Translations under genes and position numbers: made by a program
From: Macrostomum lignano
Taxonomy: Eukaryota
Assembly (NCBI GenBank): GCA_002269645.1
Contig: NIVC01003745.1
Location: 1-64,000, forward strand
Length of the DNA: 64,000 bases
Direction: 5' to 3'
Notes under the pieces: model-generated
What the model was told of the DNA's origin: nothing
What the model saw: the letters and a program-made list of their open reading frames with translations, nothing else
The model's database searches: none
Part shown: positions 12,327-24,425 of the stretch, piece after piece
Layout of the letters: each line of letters opens with the position of its first letter
Numbering within the stretch: position 1 is the first letter of the stretch

Positions 12327-15300
12327 GTCTATCTATCTAATCAGACGTCATGATACATATATACTGTATATGTGTATATATATCTCGCGCAGTCACTTTT
12401 TTTCTTTTTTAGTCTCTATTCCATTTCTTAGCGTTTAGCACAAAGAAGAACTCAATTGAGGCACTCTTGAAAATCTACTAGCAATTCCTTTCTAACAAAG
12501 CAGCAATTAGAACTCCATATGATAAGCCAGGTGACCACGTGACGTGACGCTTTCCAAGTTTTTTTTCAATCCCGAGTTGCAGAGAAGTCGCACATTTTTC
12601 ATGCCGCTCCACTTGATGCATTTTTTTGCACTTCAACATTCAGTCCGTATGGTAGGTGTTGAGGCGCTCATCCCCTGTCAGATTAGTAATGACAGTAATT
12701 ATGGCTGGCTGAGCACCCTGCTCAGGCTGGCGCATCCCCTGGGGAGGTTTTCCAAGAATTGCTAAAAAACTGACAAGTCCGGCCGGCAGGGAGGCGGGGG
12801 CTCCATTGTCAATCAGCCCATTGTTGCGCGCCTCTGCGCTGCGGCCCCTCGCTGTTCAGCTGACGGTTCGGCCCAGCGGGAGACCCGCAATCGGGGATTC
12901 GAACCCCCGACCTTGTCTGTGTGGGAAGTGACTGGCAGGCACTTGATGAGCTGAGAACAGCCGATTGAATCGCAGGTTTTTTGCAAGCCGCTTCGCTGAG
13001 CAAACGGTGGGAAGAGGAGGCACTGATGAGGCGCGGCAGAGCCTGGGACCTCCCACTGCTAACATTGTTGAAGGCGGGCCCACTTGACAAGGCCGGGACT
13101 CGAGGGGGATCTGTTATCGACTCATCTCGACTCCCGAATCCCCTCGGCGGCCGGGGCTGTGGCAAAGAGCTGCCCTGCGAATTGGTGAAATATTTATGAG
13201 ACTCACCGCGACTGACTGGCAGGCGTGAAATTCCAATTTCCAGCTCAGCTGACTGCCACTGCGAGCTGAAACCCGTCAAGCTCAACACTGCATTTATCTA
13301 AGCAGACACTAATAAGGGATGAGACTCGATACTCAGCAAGCGGGAAGTCATTAGGGCCCGTCATGCGGGATCGAGCTTCAATGCTTTACAGAGACCCGAG
13401 GCTTCCGCAGAACAATAATCATTTTTCATTGTTGCCGCAAGTTGCCATTATTCCTCGGGACCATAACAGCTCGTTAAAATCATCCCGGACATTGTTTCCC
13501 ATTTACCCAGCCCGTATTGCAATCGGGGAGCATTGCGGGGCGGCGGGCAATCTTGCCGCGATCTGTTTGCGCCACCGCCCGCGCCCTGCGGGATAAAAAT
13601 GGATTTGGGGATCGGAGGCGGCCCCGGTTGCGCCACGGCCCGCATGCGCCGCCCCGCCAGCCACCTGCGGCGCTGCTCCGCCCGGTGCAAAACTGGCCGC
13701 ACCTTCATATTTTCTGCTGCTCATGGAGTTCATTCGGTGCAATCCTGCTCACACACGCGACAGGCCGGCTCGGTCGGAGCGAAATCGAATTTCTCATTTT
13801 CTTGCTGGCGGTGGCGCAACCGACGGAGCCGCCCAGTCAGCTGTATCGATGTCGGCTCCCTTCAGCCTCTCCGCTTCATCAAGATTGGCACTGCACTGGG
13901 TGGGGAGGCCTGCATGGCCTGTCATGTCAACGGCTGGCCCCGAATGATGAAGATCTGCAGTCTCCATGCGTTTTTTATCAACCCAAGGCCGCATTATAGC
14001 GGGCTCGCCGATGTTTTTTCGCCCCCGCGAGCCTTCAAGCCCGTCATTTGGCTGCGCTCCCCGGGCCATGGATACCGGCTGGCAACGGAGACCTTTGCGT
14101 CCTCTTTAGGCGTGGAATGGGGATAAATATCCCGGGGGTCGCCTGTCTGTCAACCCGCCGCAGTCTCGTTGCGTAAGCAGGCAACAAACAGTGGCTGCGC
14201 GGCCTCTCCTGTGCTCAAGCAGTGCTCAGGGGTCTCCCTAAGCAGTCAGTGCTCAAGGAGTCTGACCAGAGTCATGCATTGCCTTGCTGAGGATTTCATG
14301 AGATTTTCGCGGCTCTCAGCCTGGCATGCGCGTGTAATGGCGCTTTGGAGCCTGGATCTGCGGTGGCGTGTGACAGGGGTGAGATGCGAGAGTGAGATGT
14401 GAGAGTGAGATGAGAGAGTGAGATGAGAGAGTGAGATATGAGAGAGTGAGATATGAGAGAGTGGGATGTGAGAGAGTGAGATGCGAGAGAGTGAGATGTG
14501 AGAGAGTGAGATGCGAGAGAGTGAGATGCGAGAGAGTGAGATGCGAGAGAGTGAGATGTGAGAGAGTGAGATGCGAGAGAGCCATCCTTTGCCCGGGCAT
14601 GCGCGCCATTGTTCGCGGCTTCTTCAAGCCCGCCCGGACTTTGCCCGCTTTGTTTGCCGACTGTCACAGCGCTGAGTGACTGACGGGCGGCATCTCCGGG
14701 GGGGGACCTGTTGGCTCTGCGTGTGGCCGCTTTGTACTGCGGGATTTGTTGAGCAAACAGACTCGGCCGAGGCTCCCGGTGGCTCCATGACAGCCCATTG
14801 TTTGCCGCAGGGAGGGCAAACAGACTCTGCTTTTGCGAGCAGCTGCTTGCCCCGAGTTTTTCATTAGTTTTCCTCACCGGCGTGGGAGTCGAATTGCTAA
14901 ACAAAACATATTTTCGACAGCAATGGGATATTAACTATTTGCTGGGGATCCGGGATTGGGATAAAATGGAAGGCTTGGCGCATGTTGTTCTTGTGCAAAC
15001 AAACTGCAGGGCGGAGTCGGGCTTGGAAAACAGCGGATAGAAATCCATGGAGAATGGGGTGGGAGAATGGGAGATCAGAGAAAAGGAGATGGGAGAATAG
15101 GTTGGGAGATGGGAGAATGGGAGATGGGAAAATAGGTTGGGAGATGGGAGAATAGGTTGGAAGATGGGAGAATAGGTTGGGAGATGGGAGAATAGGTTGG
15201 GAGATGGGAGAATAGGTTGGGAGATGGGAGAATAGGTTGGGAGATGGGAGAATAGGTTGGGAGATGGGAGAATAGGTTGGGAGATGGGAGAATAGGTTGG

Positions 15301-18300
15301 GAGATGGGAGAATAGGTTGGAAGATGGGAGATTGGAGAATAGGAGATGGGAGATGGGAGATGGGAGATGGGAGATGGGAGATGGAGAATGGGAGAATGGG
15401 AGAATGGGAGATGGGAGTATGTGAGGTAGGAGAATGGGAGGTAGGAGAATGGGAGATGGGAGATGGGAGATGGGAGATGGAGAATGGGAGAATGGGGAGA
15501 ATGGGAGAATGGGAGAATGGGAGATGGGAGAATGGGAGAATGGGATAACGGTATAGAGCAGAGAGTTGCGATCAAAGCCACGGGCTCGGGGTTTCCAGAA
15601 GGCAGCCAGCCAGCCCTGTCCGAGCTGGTCATCGGACACCTGGAATGGCCGGACAGTTAGAGGGAATAAAGCGGCTGAGAAGGCTGAGTAAGTTGGACAG
15701 TTGAAGTGGGACTTAGCAGGCGGATTAAACGCGCGCATTATTTCAAGTGCTTGAGTCCACGCGCATATCGCTGACCGGTAAAGCGCAGCTGCAGCCCCCC
15801 CCCCCCTGTTTGTGCCACTTCGTCCCAAAGCTCGCCCGCAATGCAAGTGAAAAATTAAAATTGCCCTGAGCCAATAATCGGGCGCCAAGTCCGACCCGCA
15901 AAGCCGCTCGCTAATTCCGCAGCCTGCACCTGAACTGGGGGGGGGGGGGGCAACTCACGGAAAATATTTCATCGGCAGCTCAGCGCGGGCATTAACAGAA
16001 ACTGCCATTGGGAGGTGTGCGAAAGACGTGGAGGCCCGGCCCTTGGCACGCCCAGCCAATCAGCGGCCGCGCACCGCCCCCCCCCACCCGAGGGGACCCC
16101 AGACAAAATAAGAGGCCTTGAGATTCGCAGAGCGTGCGTGCCAGTCTGCAAACCCCGAAGCTCCTCCTGCCACTCTGTCGCGTGTCCTCTCGAGTTTCTG
16201 TCTGAAAGCCCAGCAGAGACGCCCAGCCCCATGGCTCCAGCCACGCCGCGCCTCAGCCGCAGCAGCGGACGCAGCTTCCGCCGCCTTCGCAGCCTCACAC
16301 GCTCCTGCCGGCGCAGGCAGCCGCTGCCACCCCGCCCGGAGACGCCGCCAGTGGCGCTGCTGGCCGCCTCGCCCTGCCCGCTGCGTTTCCTCGCCTTCTC
16401 GGTGCCCCCCAGCCCGCTCGCACCGCCGCCCTCCGCCTTGGCGCCCGCTGCCCAGCCGCCGCAGGCCCCGCAGCAGCAGCGGCCCTCCTGGCTGCGGCGG
16501 CTCGGCGGCCGGCTGCCGCGGACTCCGTTCCGCCACCGCCTGCGGCTCCCCGCCGCCGCGGCTGGCCGGCTGCTGCATCGCCAGAAGGCGCAGCGGCTTC
16601 GGCAGCAGCAGCTGCAGCTCACCGTCACCCCCACCCTGTTTGCCGCAGCCTGCCAAGCCGCGCTCGCCGCCCGCCGCAACCGCGGCCTGGCGGAGCTCCC
16701 AGCCGCCGGGGACGCCACACCGGTCGCCTTCGCCGCCCGCCGGGAGACGCCGCAGCCGCAGCCGCCGGCGCCGCCTGCCAGATTCCCGCAGCCAGCGCCG
16801 GAACTCGACTTTGGTGTGAGTTTCATTTCACTTTTTCATTTAGCGTGCATGCGCGCTGTGCCTACTTTTGGCAGCGTCCCTAGTAGTAACGATAGCGTAG
16901 GAAACGTATTTTTATGCTCGAATTTTACAATTATCTGTCTGATTTTGGCTAAGGGCTTAAAGGAAAAGCTGCAGGATTGATGTTGAGGCATATTTACTGA
17001 TGCACAGTGACACACAACTATCATCATATTTACTGATGCACAGTGACACACAACTATCATTTGTACTCATTTTTCATTAACAGCGATCCACTGAGAAGGT
17101 CGTCCACTCCAGGAACGGCTCGGCTGTCAGCTTGCAGCAGCAGCAGCAGTCAGCGGCAGCGCCGAGGGTGAGTCGGATTCTCGCTTTCCTACTGTTACGA
17201 GTACTGTTAAGCACTGGCTTATGCTGGGGTCAATGCTTGCATGTGTTGGCGGTGTCTCCAACTATTTGCATAAACTATTTGCATAACCAAGCAAGCCCAC
17301 GATATGTATCGAAACTGGTTACAGCTCAGCCTAAAACCTCGATATGTATTGAAATCATGACAGCCCTAGAACCCACCAGTCCCAAAGCCGATATGTATGG
17401 AAAATAACAAAACCAAGCCCACTGCGTACAGTCGGCGGAGCCCGCGGCTTCCGTTGAGCTGCGCCCCAAGCCGGCGGTGCCGCAGCGCCTGTCCCGGCAG
17501 CGGCCGAGCTCCCAGCTGCTGCAGCCGCCGCCAAGCGCCGCCACTGCTGTCTCCGGGGACGTCGCGGAGCCGCACGTGACGCTGAGGCCGAAGCGGCCGT
17601 CTGCCAGGCGGGCCTCCTCAGTGGCCGCCGAGAGCCGCAAGGTGGTGCTCATGAGGAATCACAACCCAGTGGCTAATCGCAGCTTGAATTGGCGTGCCGT
17701 GTGACTTAATCAAATCTGTTATCATTAATATCGGACAGCAAATTTAATCATTGACTAACTTGCTTACAGCGGCAGCTTATCGGTTAAATGATTAAAAAAC
17801 TGATTCGGTTTTCAAAGCTTTTACTTTTAGTAGTCTGTCACGCGAATTATGCGATAACTCATAGTTGCCTTATCTTCGGCTCGCGTAGTTGCAACACGCT
17901 TTCCCAGCCTCATCGGACGCGTCATCACTCAAATCCCAAATCCTGCCATTGCAGAACCTGACGGCCACCCGACCGCAGCAGCAGCAGGCGGCCACGCTGG
18001 CAGCCAACCCGCTTCCGGTTGAAGTCGAAATTCGAACTCGGAATACCGTCAACCAGGCGGCCCAGGTGAGCCTAATTAGCCCTTAATCCCGTCCTTAACT
18101 GCATGAAGCCTCACTGAGCTTAAATTGAAATTTCACCTCCTGCTGCCTCTTTCACCTCTGCAGGACCGGCGGCAGCCAGCGGCCCCCGCAGCGCCGCCCC
18201 CGCAGATTCCGCTGAGGGACAAGCGGAGCAGCCAGCTGCATCCGGTGAGTCCGCAGTTCCTGTGCTCTTCTGAAGGGCTTTGACTGCCCTGTCCCACCCC

Positions 18301-20202
18301 TGTCTCTTGTCTGTCCCACCCTGTCTCTTGTCTGTCCCACCCTGTCTCTTGTCTGTCCCACCCTGTCTCTTGTCTGTCCCACCCCTGTCTCTTGTCTGTC
18401 CCACCCTGTCTCTTGTCTGTCCCACCCTGTCTCTTGTCTGTCCCACCCTGTCTCTTGTCTGTCCCACCCTGTCTCTTGTCTGTCCCACCCCTGTCTCTTG
18501 TCTGTCCCACCCCTGTCTCTTGTCTGTCCCACCCTGTCTCTTGTCTGTCCCACCCTGTCTCTTGTCTGTCCCACCCTGTCTCTTGTCCGTCCCACCCCTG
18601 TCTCTTGTCTGTCCCACCCCTGTTTCTTGTCTGTCCCACCCTGTCTCTTGTCTGTCCCACCCTGTCTCTTGTCTGTCCCATCCCTGTCTCTTGTCTGTCC
18701 CACCCCCTGTCTCTTGTCTGTCCCACCCCCTGTCTCTTGTCTGTCCCACCCCCTGTCTCTTGTCTGTCCCACTCCCTGTCTCCTGTCTGTCTTGTCTCCA
18801 CCCTGCTCCCCAGTCTAATCTGTCAACCAGCTCGGATCATCTCAAAGCAGCTCTAATCGCCTCTAATCATGTCTAATCGTCTCTATAATCGTCTAATCAT
18901 ATCTAACTATCTCTAATAATCTCCAATAATCTCTAATCATATCTAATCGTCTCTAATCATCTCTAATCATCTTTAATCATCTCTAATCATCTCTAATCAT
19001 CTCTAATCATCAATAATAATCTAATCAGCACCCGTCTAACCAGCCGCCGCACCCCGCCTCCTCAGGAGTCAGCCGCGCCTCAGTCGCAGCCGCAGCGCCG
19101 CTCCCACCTGTTCGGGTCGTCACCCGATGCAGCCCCGGCGGTGTCGGTGGGTCCCGGCCGCGCCATCCCCGTCAAGCAGGGCGTGCTGGCCAAGCGCTGC
19201 ACTGGCGGTATCTCCTCCGAGTGGCGCCGCAAATTCGTCACCCTGGGCGAGGACGGCCGCCTCACCTACTACGCCAGCCTCCACGAGTACATGGAGAACG
19301 GCCGCGGCCGCTGCGTGGACCTCGGCCAGGCCACCGTCCGCCTGCAGGACCACCCGCACCACCACCACAAGCGCGGAAAGTCCGGCGGTTCCGGCAGCGA
19401 GGCCGCCGGATTCGAACTCGTGACCTTGGACGGCCGGGTCCGCCAGTTCGAGGCGCCCAACCGCGACGTCCGCGACGCCTGGGTGACCGCCCTGCGCGCC
19501 GCCACCCTCGGCCGCCTGCGCGCTGGCCGCGACGGCGACGTTGATGGAAACGACGCTGCCGCTCTGCTGGACGCGGCCCGCCGGTTGCCAGGCAACGAGC
19601 GCTGCGCGGACTGCGGCGCCCCGCAGCCAGACTGGGCCAGCGTCAGCCTCGGCCTCCTCATCTGCCTGCGCTGCAGCGGCGCCCACCGCCAGCTCGGCAC
19701 CCACCTGAGCCGCGTCCGCTCGCTGCACCTGGACTCCTGGACCACCGGCCACGCCTTGCCGCTCAGCGTCGTTGGCAACGCGCTTGGCAACGGTGTCTGG
19801 GAGGCGCGCCTGCCGCCGGGCGCTCGGCCGTCTCCAGACGCGGACAGCGCCGAGTGGGAGGCCTTCGCCCGCGCCAAATACGAGCGCGGCGACTTCCTGC
19901 CCGAGGCCGCGCGGCCTTCCGACCTCGCCGACGCCGCTGCTTCCGGCGACACCCGCCGACTGCTGGCCGCGCTGGCCCGCGCCAGCCCCGCCGACCTGGA
20001 CGCCGTCCCCGCCGACCCCAGCCGCCTGCCGCCGCTGCACGCCTGCGCTGCCGCGGGCAGCCGCGCCCACCTCCAGCTGCTACTGTGGCGCGGCGCGAGC
20101 CCCGGCGCCAGAGACCGGCGCGGCCGCACGGCAAGCGACTGCGCCAGGGCGGCGGGCCACGCGGACTGCGAGAAACTCCTGCGGCTGGCCTGCAGCTCCT
20201 GA
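4916..20202 (+). CDS. AGAP1: AGAP/centaurin-gamma ArfGAP (GTPase-like, PH, ArfGAP and ankyrin domains)
   Basis: Exons 4916-5093 ([17 protein letters not shown]), 5657-5714 ([10 protein letters not shown]; 1 nt short), 5794-5881 ([17 protein letters not shown]), 7409-7636, 8110-8277 ([16 protein letters not shown]), 17084-17167, 17432-17641, 17955-18065, 18164-18244 and 19066-20202 ([19 protein letters not shown]...CLRC ArfGAP). The link between 8277 (phase 1) and 17084 (phase 0) is unresolved. Ortholog group is AGAP1/2/3. Confidence 0.88.
6858..7330. repeat. 24-bp intronic minisatellite (GCTGTCTATGGCCAATAGGATG[T/C]A, ~19 copies)
   Basis: Read directly; AGAP intron 3. Confidence 0.95.
7711..8106. 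repeat. 22-bp (2x11) intronic minisatellite CATAATGTCAGTCTAATGTCAG abutting the splice acceptor
   Basis: Read directly; AGAP intron 4. Confidence 0.95.
9243..9804. repeat. 33-bp minisatellite (~17 copies)
   Basis: Unit CTCAGTGCAATGAATTGGGTCAGCTCTATA[A/C]GA. Confidence 0.95.
10328..11297. repeat. 30-bp highly homogeneous minisatellite (~32 copies)
   Basis: Unit GGGACACCTGAGCTGGGATCTGGGCTGCC[A/G]; only one variable position. Confidence 0.95.
12280..12338. repeat. (TATC)n microsatellite
   Basis: Read directly. Confidence 0.9.
14383..14582. repeat. ~15-bp purine-rich repeat (GAGAGAGTGAGAT[G/A][C/T])
   Basis: Read directly. Confidence 0.9.
15059..15545. repeat. Purine-rich compound repeat (GGGAGATGGGAGAATAGGTT and GGGAGA[A]T units)
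   Basis: Read directly. Confidence 0.9.
16231..16815 (+). CDS. Probable alternative first (or large internal) exon of the AGAP gene, Pro/Ala/Arg-rich
   Basis: GC-rich ORF from ATG 16231 ends at a GT GAGT donor (16816) in phase 0, matching the exon at 17084. Confidence 0.5.
18290..18790. repeat. 21-22-bp pyrimidine-rich intronic minisatellite (GTCCCACCC[C]TGTCTCTTGTCT)
   Basis: Read directly; last AGAP intron. Confidence 0.95.
18834..19027. repeat. 10-bp degenerate repeat (TCTCTAATCA)
   Basis: Read directly. Confidence 0.85.
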
Positions 20203-20713
20203 CGGCCTCCCCGCCTGCCCTCAGCCTCCGTCTGCCAGATTTCTCTTCAAGTTTCTGTACACAAGTGTTGCGCTGAGCGCTCCGTTTCTTGCCTGCCTGT
20301 GGCTCTCCGTGTCTTCTTGCGCCCTGCGCTGCCCCGGGCCGCCCCTCCGTCCTGCTGCCGACTCTCCCGCTGCCCTCCAGTGCATCGCTTTGATGAGTTT
20401 TACGCACTGCACTACCTACTCACTGGTTAGTAGTAATATTTGCGGTTTTAACAATCGTTCTCTACAGTGATTACACTCTGTTAGTGCTACTGACTTCCTC
20501 AGTAATATATAGCTGATAACATATTGTTTTGCCCTCATTTTATTCTCTGAAAGATTTGTACAGATGTGCACTCGATGAATAATAATACATATAAAGTGTA
20601 TGCTAAACTCTTCACTGCATTGCCATAACACTTATCATAACCGCAACATTTGTTTGACACATTTTTTATCAATTTGTGAATTGGTTACCAGATCTGAATA
20701 CCCGAGGACAGAA

Positions 20714-21314
20714 AGGTGGATGCTGGGACAGGGTGGGCGCGGATGCTGGGACAGGGTGGGGGCGGATGCTAGGACAGGGTACAGGTGGATGCTGGGACAG
20801 GGTGGGTGCGGATGCTGGGACAGGGTGGAGGCGGATGCTGGGACACGGTGGGGGCGGATGCTGGGACACGGTGGGGGCGGATGCTAGGACACGGTGGGGG
20901 CGGATGCTAGGACAGGGTACAGGTGGATGCTGGGCCAGTAAGGGTGGATGCTGGGCCAGTAAGGGCGGATGCTAGGACACGGTGGGGGCGGATGCTAGGA
21001 CAGGGTACAGGTGGATGCTGGGCCAGTAAGGGTGCATGCTGGGCCAGTAAGGGCGGATGCTGGGCCAGTAAGTGCGGATGCTGGGCCAGTAAGGGCGGAT
21101 GCTGGGCCAGTAAGGGCGGATGCTGGGCCAGTAAGGGCGGATGCTTGGCCAGTAAGGGCGGATGCTTGGCCAGTAAGGGCGGATGCTGGGCCAGTAAGGG
21201 CGGATGCTGGGCCAGTAAGGGCGGATGCTTGGCCAGTAAGGGCGGATGCTTGGCCAGTAAGGGCGGATGCTGGGCCAGTAAGGGCGGATGCTTGGCCAGT
21301 AAGGGCGGATGCTA
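20714..21314. repeat. Compound 21-23-bp minisatellite (GGGCGGATGCTGGGACA../GGGCGGATGCTGGGCCAGTAA)
   Basis: Read directly; downstream of AGAP. Confidence 0.9.
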
Positions 21315-21741
21315 TGGAATGGGCTAGGTATTGAATTCATGTTGTATTATAATTCACGCTACGCTGCCCGCCATCTCAAGATGACATTGATAGCCGATGA
21401 CGTGGCCGAGTGGCTAGACTACATGTACATAGGCTAGCAAGCGATTTTCAATGATTTCTCCTACGCCCTTCAGCAGAGCTGCGGCAAAGTATTGACTCAA
21501 CGCTGATCCCGATGCGTAGCTAAATGACCTACATGTAATTAGTTGCTTACTGTATTGCTTCATAATCGAATTGCTAAAGTGCCAGCTCTCCGAAAAGTTT
21601 GCCGAAAATGCGGGGCCGGGGGGTCGTGCTTTTCTAGCAAAACATCCACTTCCCATTTGTCCAATTAGAAGTGACCATTGACCCGTCCTTCAAACCGCGC
21701 TGCCAAGCAACCGAGTGACGTCATTGCGCAAGCCTGCTATG

Positions 21742-21945
21742 ATTGGCTTCGGGATTCAGGATTGGCTTCAGGACTGGCTTCAGGGTTAGCTTCAGGATTC
21801 GCTTCAGGTTTGGCTTCAGGGTTAGCTTCAGGATTGGTTTCAGGATTGGCTTCAGGATTGGCTTCAGGGTTGGCTTCAGGGTTAGCTTCAGGATTGGTTT
21901 CAGGTTTGTTTTCAGGATTGGCTTCAGGGTTTTAAGGCTTCAGGG
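21742..21945. repeat. 12-bp repeat (GGCTTCAGGATT); the minus strand reads (PEAN)n
   Basis: Read directly. Confidence 0.85.
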
Positions 21946-22220
21946 TCCATACCATCATCACGGAGCGGACCAAGATGATCAAAAGCAGCCTGCTCACTCT
22001 CAGGCTGCTGAGGTTTTGTATTTTTCTGCGAACTCCGTGAAAGCTGTAGTTACAATTGCGAGCGTACTGAGCGCTGGTAGAACAGAAGTTTTATTTAATG
22101 GAAAGGCTGCGCCGCCCGCGCTTAATTTAAAGCAGTACAGAACAAGCCACGGCAAAGGTGTGACAAAGATGGCAGTAGTTAAAGTACAACATTTCCCCCC
22201 TGATCTCAAGATCAAATGTC

Positions 22221-23900
22221 AGGATGGTGCATAGCGCTGGGGTGGCGACCTCCTGGGCGCGGTAGTCCGTTGACTTCCACCGATACGCCTCGGGTTGGAC
22301 CCGTCACTTGGCCGCGTGGCCACTCGTCCGTGCACCCGGCATTTGGCTTCACGAACACTTCAGTACCGGGAAGAAACATTGCGTTGGCTTCGGGTGCATC
22401 CTTGACTCTCACAGATGGGGGCTTCCAGTCGTAGTTGGAGATGATCCTGCTGGGTACGCTGTCGGCACAGGTGCCATTCCTGGGGGCCAGATTATAGCAG
22501 AAAACCATGTCAAGGATGTCGCGGCCGGTTCTGGTTGACATGCGCTTAATGGTCCTGTGGTTCCGTTCCACGATTCCGTTACCGGACGGGCGGTGAGCGC
22601 ATCGGAAGATGGCTTGCACTCCCCATGCGTTGCACATGATGGCTACCTCAACCGAGCGAGACGTCGGCGAGTTGTCGAGTAGCGGCTGACATGGAGGACC
22701 TCGCTCCCGGAACACTTGTAAGAGCAGTAGTGCGTCACGTCGCAGGCTATACGCCACCAGTTAGATTCAACTTCAAGATCGCCGTGATCCCAGCTAACTG
22801 CAGCAGGGTCCCACCAGTTTGATTCAACTTCAAGATCGCCGTGATCCCAGCTAACTGCAGCAGGGTCCCACCAGTTTGATTCAACTTCAAGATCGCCGTG
22901 ATCCCAGCTAACTGCAGCAGGGTCCCACCAGTTTGATTCAACTTCAAGATCGCCGTGATCCCAGCTAACTGCAGCAGGGTCCCACCAGTTTGATTCAACT
23001 TCAAGATCACAGTGATCCCAGCTAACTGCAGCAGGGTCCCACCAGTTTGATTCAACTTCAAGATCGCCGTGATCCCAGCTAACTGCAGCAGGGTCCCACC
23101 AGTTTGATTCAACTTCAAGATCACAGTGATCCCAGCTAACTGCAGCAGGGTCCCACCAGTTTGATTCAACTTCAAGATCGCCGTGATCCCAGCTAACTGC
23201 AGCAGGGTCCCACCAGTTTGATTCAACTTCAAGATCACAGTGATCCCAGCTAACTGCAGCAGGGTCCCACCAGTTTGATTCAACTTCAAGATCGCCGTGA
23301 TCCCAGCTAACTGCAGCAGGGTCGACCGACTTGCAGCGGCCGCAGCTGTCAACCACCCGCTCCACATCCTGACGCTGTACTTGGCCGTCCAGGAAGCTTA
23401 GTCTGGCAAAGTACAGTGTCTTATCCACGCCGAAGTGATGTTGCTCATGGCATTTCTTGATGTCTTCGTCGATAGGGAGCAGCCCGATCGCACACTGAGG
23501 CCCCTGGCGCAACCACTTGCTGCGGCACCCGTGTGAGTGCGTCGGCCTTATTTAGCGAGGACACCTCTGGCGACGTCTAATTCCAAGCCTCACCCCTGCC
23601 GTGTCGCGGATCAGTGCCAGCCGTCTTCTTGCCAGAGATTCACCCAGACCCTTGACTCTGATGGGTTTCTTGCCGGCGATCAACGATCGGATCCAGCCGT
23701 ACACGGTCGCCGAGTCAGTCACGATTTCCACTCTCTTCGTGCCCCAGCCGATTGCTAGGTTGAGCCCCTTGATGATCGCTTTGAGTTCAGCCAAGTTTAT
23801 GTCGTCTGGCTTACGTAGCCACGAGGCGTCTTCAGCGATGACACCACGTTTACTTCTAGGCACGCACCGATCGCTCTGCTGCTGGCGTCGCACCATGCCA
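22221..23900 (-). mobile_element. Decayed Ty3/Gypsy-type pol fragment (RNase H and integrase) with an internal 10x57-bp expansion
   Basis: RNase H motifs WCDAS..INLAELKAI..IVTDS; HHCC zinc finger (HEQHHFG...CGRC); integrase core CDVTHY, LLDN, PSGNGIVERNHRTIK; C-terminal VFVKP..W. Frameshifts and deletions present. Flanked by TGTC at 22217-22220 and 23901-23904. Confidence 0.85.
22752..23325 (-). repeat. 57-bp in-frame tandem repeat (10 copies, DPAAVSWDH[G/C]DLEVESNWW) inside the integrase
   Basis: Read directly from the sequence and ORF 22643..23512. Confidence 0.95.
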
Positions 23901-24425
23901 TGTCGGAGTTGTGGTTAGCATTGCTAAGAATTTCTTCCAGATTGATTATTTTTATTTCAGCTTCATTCTGAGGATATTCGTAACGGAATTGGTAATTTTG
24001 GTAGTACTTGGTGTCTGCAGTCTTGTTCAAATAGGCTCTGCTCCACTCCTTTTAGCTCCATGTCCGACTCCACATGATTCATAAAGCCGAAACAGCGACT
24101 TGCGAATCAGTGTTTGTCCCAGATAGCATCGTATACATATAACTATATTTGTCACTTCACAGATTTGTGCGTGCACTACTACTAGGACCATAATAAAGGA
24201 GTAAAAATTGAAGAAATAATAAGACAAATTTTACAAGTAAATTTACAAACACGAAAGATATAAATATCTTTTTCAAGACATCGATTTCCATCTTAGGCAT
24301 TTTATTCGGTTATACTCAACGCTTTCCCGGAAAATCGTTAATATGATATTTAACATCCTTTTTAGGGCACCACTCGTGTTTATATATAAATCATGAGAGC
24401 CGTAGGCATCTATCTATCAATTTAT

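Noticed and set aside
12885-12960. tRNA-like T-arm/B box (GGGGGTTCGAATCCCC, minus strand)
   Set aside because: No convincing A box or cloverleaf; at most a decayed SINE head.
11300-14400. Nested gene in the large AGAP intron (ORFs such as 13533-14126 and 12809-13288)
   Set aside because: No recognisable domain, no consistent exon chain, and many overlapping short ORFs typical of GC-rich non-coding DNA.
21399-21418. GACGTGGCCGAGTGGCTAG resembling a tRNA 5' end
   Set aside because: No anticodon arm or B box follows.
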